Source of the DNA: Wallemia ichthyophaga EXF-994 | Lineage: Eukaryota > Fungi > Basidiomycota | Reading direction: 5' to 3' | Assembly: GCF_000400465.1 (NCBI RefSeq) | Contig: NW_008806274.1 | Coordinates: forward strand, 450,244-482,243 | DNA length: 32,000 bases | In this document: piece after piece, positions 22,000-32,000 of the stretch | Numbering within the stretch: position 1 is the first letter of the stretch | How the letters are laid out: each line of letters begins with the position of its first letter | Program-made: the position numbers and the translations under genes | The notes under the pieces: generated by a model | What the model was told of the DNA's origin: nothing | Databases searched by the model: none | Seen by the model: only the letters and a program-made list of their open reading frames with translations

Positions 22000-22321
22000 A
22001 TGTTCAGAAGCAAATTAAGATTATTTAAGAAATTTAGTGAGTATCATTAACTAAAACAAACTACACGCTAACTTTATTGCAGCTTCAAGACTCTTCCATC
22101 GCTCTACACCAACCGCTGCTGTTGATGAGTTGCTACTCCCGCCATCCAATTCCCTCCATTCAATCTACATGGGTAGCTCATCGCTGAAGGAGGCTTTCTC
22201 TGAAGCATTGCAAGATCCTGAGATTGTTCTTACGCGCTTCAAGCCATCTCAAAACGCCAAAACCGTCGTCCAATTGAGCGATCTTGTTGAAGGGCAATCA
22301 GTTCGTGTTGAAAATTGGTAA
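22000..22321 (+). CDS. Unrecognised 91-aa small protein (two exons)
   Basis: ATG 22000; exon 1 22000-22036; textbook intron 22037-22082 (GTGAGT...GCTAAC...TTGCAG, 46 nt); exon 2 22083-22321 in frame. Product MFRSKLRLFKKFTSRLFHRSTPTAAVDELLLPPSNSLHSIYMGSSSLKEAFSEALQDPEIVLTRFKPSQNAKTVVQLSDLVEGQSVRVENW. Confidence 0.65.
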
Positions 22322-22509
22322 ACAATCCATCTTCACACATCTGTTTTAGTGATAGGTTTGAAGATTTTATCTTTTACGGATTCAAAATAGCCTACACTTT
22401 CTTGTTCACTCCATTCCCAAACTTCCTTTATAAGTTATTTTTGTCATTAAAAAAGTTTTCGCAATATAAAGCATAAATTCCATTTATCGTTTCAAACAAA
22501 AAGAAATAT

Positions 22510-25094
22510 TTACGGATTTGCCATCTTCAAGGCGCTTTTCCTAACTCTTGAACCACGGTTCAGTGACGATCTTGCGCTGTTAGTCTTGATGCTGTTTTCA
22601 CGACTGGGGTGACTAGCGAACGACGAGGTATTGCTGTCTTTTTCCTCTTCATCATCTACCGGCCTATCGGCCTCTATTGCAGCAGTCACAAAAGCAGGTG
22701 GTGCATCGTCATCTTCATCGTTTAAAACGGTTTCATTTTGTGGCTGTGGAGGTGGTGGTGTTGGTGATTTTCTTGCAGGAGGATCTTCATGTTCGACAAA
22801 GGTATATGTTTCTACTGATGATATTCTGGCTTCGCCTTTCTCACGAGGTGCATCTTCCTGCCATGACACCGTATCCACAGTCGTTTCTTCTCCAGTAATA
22901 TTGTCTCCTTCGTCACCCTTCTTATCGGAGTCTGCAGATGCGTACGAAGTGCGGTTGTCACCATGACCATCAATGATATCAAGTATATCATCGTCGTTTT
23001 GATTGGCGTGTTCGTGCACTTGCGCATCACCAGGCTGATCAACTGGTTTGTCTTGCGCAGCCTCCTTAACATTTACAGGCGGTGCTCTAGCATCTAAAGT
23101 TGGCGATGCTTGTTTGCTGTCGTTGACGATAGACGTAGAACGAGACCTCAAACCTGTGCTACCAAATTCCAGCTGGTCGAGTAATTCATCAGGCGTTAAA
23201 TGTCTGCTACTTCCCGCACTTGATATTGATGAGTTGAATGTAGACCTAAGCACTCTCTCATCGATGGGCTTCGTGCGTCTCCTTTGTAATGTCTTGGATG
23301 GACTTAATTCCGTACTTTTCCTTTCAATAAGTGGGTTAAGGATATCTTCTGGACGCTTGATTAAGTCGATGAGTAAATTGGTCATATGTCTTTCTTGAAT
23401 AGTGAGATCACTCTCTACGCGTGGTCTGAAAATAGCTTTAATTGAAAGTTAGCAAATAGCTTACACATCGAACCCCACTCACATCTTACAAGTAACAGCG
23501 AGAGCTTTTGCAAGTATACGTCATCTTCATTCTCTGAACCAGTCGAAGTAGAGGTGAAGAGATTATGTATGTGATTGCAGATCTCATAGAGTGTAGTGAG
23601 ATTGAGGAGAGGCACTCTCTCCAACACCTTTTGTACATCTTGTGCAGGAATCTCATATCCCTTTTCGATGTATTTTGGATATACTGCCCTAGCATCTTCC
23701 CATGTGTGCAAACCTCCAAGTGGCGGGTTGAGTTCGAGTGCGAATAGTCTAACACAAGCAGCAATTATGGGAGCATGGACGTCATTTAAAACGCCTTCTA
23801 ATGCCCCAATGATTTTAACACTAGGTACGTTACTTAGTGCCAAACTGACATTGTGACATGTGACTAATGGGATATCAAGAATCCAGACCTTGCGCACATT
23901 CTCAGGTTCTTTAATATCTGCATACTTTCTATCAAGAGCTTTGAGTAGCAGCTTGAGCGCAAGTGGTGTTGATCTCTGACCTGGAGTGACGGTATCAGGA
24001 CATGGAATCAAGTGGGTGAGATCAGGACCGAAGAGTGTAAAATTTGAGTCTTTCAGTGTTGTAGGTAGAGGTGATTGATAGATAGATGGTCTGAATGGTC
24101 CTGTTTTATACTGATCGATGAAAGCCTGCAAATCAGTCGATGGATTGAATGTCTGAACCGCTAATGCAGAAGCGTTAACAGCTTCTTGTATCCCACTAAG
24201 GTATTTGTTCTGCGATTGGTTAAACCTTGCAAGCGCGTGTTTGGTAAGCGCCAGACGACTGTGTTCAAGTGCTTGCAATGCCTTCAACGTATCCTCAATC
24301 ACTTCCTCTACATACATCCTCTGTCTGTGTAGTTGAGTGCGCGACTGCATGTAGCTAGAGAGTGTCTCATCCAGAACACCCTTGAGTTGCTGCTGTTGGG
24401 TAGTAAATTGGTAGTAACTATCAAGATCGAATGCGCTTTCAAAGGCATTTTTAAGGGTATTTACGTTTCTGATAGGTAGATTTGTACAGAGATCTAATGT
24501 CTGCTCATCGCTAAGCTTCATTTTGAGTCTGAACCAGTTGAAAATGTCTCTGCCCAAAAAGCAATCATGACGTTCACCGAGGAGTGGGACCTTGATGCTG
24601 ATGGAGGGAAGCTGCTCAATGCAGTCTTGCAGCTCATTACCAGAGTCATTGAATTGAATCAATTGAGTTTTGTAATCCGCGTGAAGCTGTGCAGTTGATT
24701 CATTGAGCTTTTCAAGGGGAATAAGGTAGCTATCAACGAGAGACTCTTTGGACTTTATCTTTGAGCGTAGATTTGCTGTCTCTCTGTTGAGTACGCTGAT
24801 AATATGTTGGAGCTCATCGCTGTAGCTCTTCTTACACTCCAATTCAAGGCTGCTATTGAGGGTACTGAAGCTTATTGCGAGTGTAAAATCATTCGCTGAT
24901 TCCAAAGTGCGTCTTGCTTTCAACGCTTTGATTGCATCACTTTCGGCTTTAAGTTGAGCTTCGAAATATTGCGAAAGGTGCGTGTTCTCTTGGATGTTCT
25001 TGTAAAGCAAATCGAACAGGCTGTCTAGACGCAGGTCATCAGTCCATAGCGAATTGCTGAAACTGCGGGGAAGTTGAATTGTAGACATCATCAC
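22510..25094 (-). CDS. F-BAR/DEP/RhoGAP-domain protein (S. pombe Rga8 / S. cerevisiae Rgd2-like)
   Basis: N-terminal SFSNSLWT..plus coiled coil (FCH/F-BAR), DEP-like FLGRDIFNWF, YKTGPFRP motif, RhoGAP-like helical region (VRKVWILDIPL, ACVRLFALELNPPL) and a low-complexity acidic/Pro tail. One intron near 23480-23430. Confidence 0.75.
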
Positions 25095-25288
25095 AGCATC
25101 TAATTAAGATCATTGTATCGCAATATTACTACAAAAAGTGTCTTGAAAGTTTCTTATAATCATTGGCGCATGTTTCCCTTTTGTGCTCTACATATACTCA
25201 ATCAAAGCTCCTATCACTATCTTCCCAGGTTTCGACGATGTATAGGTGTATTCTATATTGTTTTGAAGTTGTTTCAACAATGGTCTTT

Positions 25289-27849
<2,561 letters not shown>

Positions 27850-28235
27850 GGTGGTTTGTGAAGGAGAGGGATATGAATTTAAAATGCTATTCATGCTGTC
27901 TACTAGTTAAATACATAAATCACCGCTTCCCTTCTAAGAACAGTACGTGCTGCTTGACTGAGTTGGAGTGATATGAGATATATTCAAATCCCCAGAACCA
28001 ACCACTTACCCTTTGGATCGTACTTGATAGCGCTCAGCTTCTCCGAGAGACGAGGTCTTTGGCACTGGTAGAAGAATCCAGTCTTTGCGCTTGATACCAT
28101 TCTAACAAGTATTGTCCTGAGTGGAATATTAGTCGACTATATAAATTCAGCGCTTTATTTTACCTTGCTTTGTTTTTAGCCATGATTGTTCAACTTGAAG
28201 TCATTTTCAACTGAGAAGCCTCTTACGGTGCAACA

Positions 28236-29313
28236 ATGACCACAGAATCAGTCGCTGCCGGTACCTCTGCTGGCGCAACAGTACAAACGCACGTTCTCGA
28301 GGAGATTAAGCGGCCTTCCCCTTGGAGACATCTTGTCGCTGGCGGGTAAGTCCCACTGTCTTCTCCCGGATATTTTAACAAAGAGAAAAGTCTCGGTGGT
28401 ATGACCGGCGCTATCATAACCTCTCCATTCGATGTTGTCAAGACGAGGCTCCAGTCAGACATCTATCACAAGTCTATCGCTGCCAAACACAGCCAAGCCA
28501 ACGTCAAAGGCGTGAGGGGGACTCTCTACCACTTCGTAGAGACTGCTCAGCTCATGAAGTGGGTCTTTCGGCTGCTCCAGTCTGCACAGCTCACTCTCCT
28601 CTCTCCACAGAGACATCTACGTCAAAGAATCCCCGCGCGCTCTCTTCCGAGGTTTAGGTCCAACCCTTTTTGGCGTTATACCAGCAAGGTCTATCAACTT
28701 CTTCACTTATGGTAATCTCAAGCCCATCATTGCTGGCAAGTCTCGCGAAAATTGGTCTACGCATCTTATAGCAGCTGCATGTGCAGGGATTGTAACAGCA
28801 ACAGCTACTAACCCAATCTGGGTAATCAAAACACGTCTCCAGCTATCGCCGCAGGTGTCAACATCGTCTAAAATTGCAAAGATGTCTGCATCAAGAGACA
28901 TCATCACAGACATATTCAAAAACGAGGGTATGAGAGGTCTGTATAGGGGTCTCTCAGCGTCCTATCTTGGCGTTACTGAGAGCACACTACAATGGATTCT
29001 CTATGAAAAGCTCAAAGTTATGACTAAAGACTCCAATCTCCCTTACATGTCCACCATGGTCTCAGCAGGTCTGGCCAAGTCAACAGCAACCTTAATCACG
29101 TATCCACACGAAGTCATACGAACTAGAATGCGTCAGGCCGTTCCCGTCGGTGAGAAACCCCGCTACACAACTCTGACACGCACCCTTAAACTTGTTTGGG
29201 CCGAAGAGGGGATTGGTGCTCTCTATGGTGGCTTATCAGCTCACCTCATGCGCGTTGTACCAAATGCCGCTGCCATGTTCTTCATTTACGAACTTGTAAC
29301 TTATAGATTGTAG
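28236..29313 (+). CDS. RIM2: Mitochondrial carrier, pyrimidine-nucleotide transporter Rim2/SLC25A33-36 type
   Basis: WRHLVAGG|LGGMTGAIITSPFDVVKTRLQ, TNPIWVIKTRLQ and TYPHEVIRTRMRQ (three PX[DE]XX[KR]X[RK] carrier motifs); ends RVVPNAAAMFFIYE. Two introns. Confidence 0.9.
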
Positions 29314-30906
29314 GAATCTCATCAAAATCGCAAGACGCAAGACGCAAGATACTACCACCACACTCGCTATTTAAACATCATCATTCGACATTCACTAACA
29401 TAATCCATTTTATGATGACTAGTAATCACTTCTCCAAGCTAATTTATTATCATTTTGCATTTTTGTATGGTGGTATTGTTCTGTAGCAGCTGCATGCCAG
29501 GAGCTTGACGCTTCTATTGCAATTGATAGCCTGTTTGCGCTCTGAAGTTGTCCAAATATGGTCTGTTAAATTGCAAAGGGAGTAAATAGCATTTAAAAAC
29601 TGATACCCATAATGCAACGCTCTCCAATATATCAAAGCGGCCTCAACCACCCCTCTATCTCCATAATCTGATTTTTGGAAATGCACTTGGTCGAGTCAAA
29701 CCACCGTTTTCAGAGTTGTGATGACAGCCAATTTTCTACGCCTGAACATTTCCTTCAAAGTGTGAAGTGAGGCGGTATTTTTTACTGGTGCTAGGTTTGA
29801 TAGCTGTGGACGACTTGTGTCGTGAAGGTTTTACGCGTTTATAGAGTGGAAATAATTGAGATTTTTGGGCGCTTGTGGTCTGAATCACGTTAAAATGCTT
29901 CCTCTTATCGATAAAGCGCGTTAGATTCTTCGTGTTTAACCTGTAGCGTGCTCCAGAGCGATGTCTGATTGCTACTTCCGAACAGCCTACGGGGCATCAT
30001 AGGAGGCAAAAAAATATAATTTTTGTAATTCTTGTAATTCTCATTTAGGACTATTTTTGAAGCTTTTTTATTTGGAGATCACCAAAATTCGTAAGTCAGC
30101 CATCTGAAATGAGATAGGGGTAGTAGACGGGAATTCCAAGTTGGTAGATATTGAATGGAGGGTAGATATGGGGATTTACTTCGAATTCGGAAGGTGCCAC
30201 GGAAATTATAGTCTAGTTTTGCTTACTTGTTGAAATTGTCAGTATGTAACATTCCTGCGTCTGTTTTTCACTTGCTTGGTATTTGCAGGGAGACTCGAGC
30301 AGGGTTCACATTCATTGAGAATTTCATACTATCGGGTGCTATCGAAAGTATTAAACAGATTTTTTACATCGCCCTTCTACATCACAAGTGTTCTGGGGTT
30401 CCAGTGATGTAGAGTTGAGTCGCAATGTGGGTGTTTGCGGATGTAACGAGATATGATAGCCCTGATGAATTTTTCACCTAATAATATGTAGAATCAGTGT
30501 ATTGATCTCTGCAGTGTCTTCACTTCAATCATAATTATATGACTGAGAGGCGGCAGCAAGAACATCCGCGTAAGTGAAATGAATCGATCAAAAAGGCAAG
30601 ACAATCAAGCACGTTAAATTAAAAGAGAGGCGCTACATACGACCTTTATTACGGATTCTAATTCCTTCAGAGGCATATTTCAAGACGACCGAAGTGCACC
30701 GTCATGAAGCTAAAAATTAAGCTGTCGACAACCTCACTGTACCAACACAAACTGAAACGACTTTCATACCAATTAAACATTTATGTATGTGATAAATATG
30801 AAGAAAATTCATTATGTAAAAGAATGTAAACTAGTGAACCAGTCTAAACCAATGCAAAAAAGTGTCAATGCTAGATTCTCCGAGAGTGCTTATCCTTGGC
30901 ACGCCC

Positions 30907-32000
30907 CTAAGAACTTTTCTTGAACAAGCCCATGAACTTGCCAAAGGCCATCTGCACCATAATAGTAGGACTGAAAAACTTGACCTTGGTCAACCAGTAA
31001 AGGCCATAGCAAAGCGCGAGATTGCTAAAGAATGTGTATAAACTGAATATACCGAAGTAGCCCCATGGCCAACCTTCACCTTGGTAGACATGTATCTGCG
31101 AAAGGAAGGAGGATGAGTCTGACATAGGACAGTATTGGCAAGCAGTGGTTGCCGCAGGGTTCGCGAGATATCCAGGTGAGGATTGCGCGAATGAGCCGGC
31201 ATAGGCTTCACAAGTTTGACCAGGTGGTGGATTGAAAGTCGCCATTTCACTTTCAACACACCTGACGGTGGTGTCGTGAGTTGTAGCGCCTGCGTTACGT
31301 TAGGATTTTACTGAGTAATCAACTGCCAACACTTACCAATCATACCGTCGAGGAAGTACGTGAGAGGGTTGATGTAGTAAAGAGTGTATCTCCAGATAAC
31401 TGGAATATTGCCGTATTGAATGATGATACCGTTGATCAAGTTGAGGACGACAAGGTGGAATGGCATTGAGTTGGCGACGAAATGTGGTGAAGGAGCGGAG
31501 GCACAGAGCCAAACAGCCCACCATGAAACGAAAATCATGAACTCGATAGTCATCAATAGGCACAGCGCTGGATCAGCTCCAGTTCTAATGCCACTATCAG
31601 GTGTGTAGGAGAAACCAACTGGCCAGTACCAAACAACCCAATAAACTACCGCATTCAGCAAAGCATAGGGTAATTCAGATATCAAGAACGCTGTCATCCA
31701 CGCCTGCCACGAATAAATCTTTGAAGGGTTCTCTCTGGCCATAAATAAGCCCCAAGAAGTATAATATTTTGGTAATGTTGCATTGAGGATCGCTGGAGGC
31801 AACATAACGATAAGGAAAGCACTTTCGGCAAAATTAGCACTAATAGAGATAATGATTTCTTATACTTACCTGAACATGCGTTGCTGGAGTTCTTGTTGTG
31901 AATTACCGATTTTGAAGAAAGTGAAACCATTGAAGAGAGCGACGATGAATGTGACGAACAATTTCCCATATCCGTAGGCCGCATCTCTCCAGTAATTTCT
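30907..32000 (-). CDS. PDR-type (ABCG) full-size ABC transporter, C-terminal membrane domain (5'-truncated)
   Basis: ARENPSKIYSWQAWMTAFLISELPY, WRYTLYYINPLTYFLDGM, and PPPGQTCEAY..CQYCP (PDR C-terminal loop). Introns near 31869-31822 and ~31335-31290. Stop TAG at 30909-30907. Confidence 0.9.

Noticed and set aside
29331-29349. CAAGACG tandem repeat (about 2.7 copies) after the RIM2 stop
   Set aside because: Too short to be more than slippage in a 3' UTR.
31862-31872. ATACTTACCTG, identical to the 5' end of U1 snRNA
   Set aside because: It is the reverse complement of the minus-strand splice donor CAG|GTAAGTAT in the ABC transporter gene; no U1 stem-loops follow.

Overview
Gene-dense eukaryotic DNA with many very short spliceosomal introns (42-56 nt where I mapped them). 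This fits a highly compact fungal genome; a basidiomycete such as Wallemia is my inference and is not verified. Genes in order: ILV3 (3' part), USE1-like SNARE, PIS1, ORC3, an XPT1-like phosphoribosyltransferase with micro-exons, two tandem SNG1/DUF3533 paralogs, an NF-X1/FAP1 zinc-finger protein, a METTL7-like methyltransferase, CWC24, BUD6/AIP3, FIP1, an unrecognised spliced 91-aa ORF, an F-BAR/DEP/RhoGAP protein, a DHX35-like DEAH helicase, a RIM2-like mitochondrial carrier, and the 3' part of a PDR-type ABC transporter. The most notable unexplained signal is ~0.8 kb of non-coding DNA between FIP1 and the small ORF (21104-21914). It carries several long complementary helices, including a long-range 18-bp helix whose G-U pairs work only on the + strand, which points to a large structured RNA of unknown class; telomerase RNA is one testable hypothesis. 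Also notable: patchy gene-conversion-like tracts and a GC/GT donor switch in the SNG1 pair, and a 46-nt head-to-head spacer between BUD6 and FIP1. I saw no CRISPR array, tRNA, rRNA or transposase.
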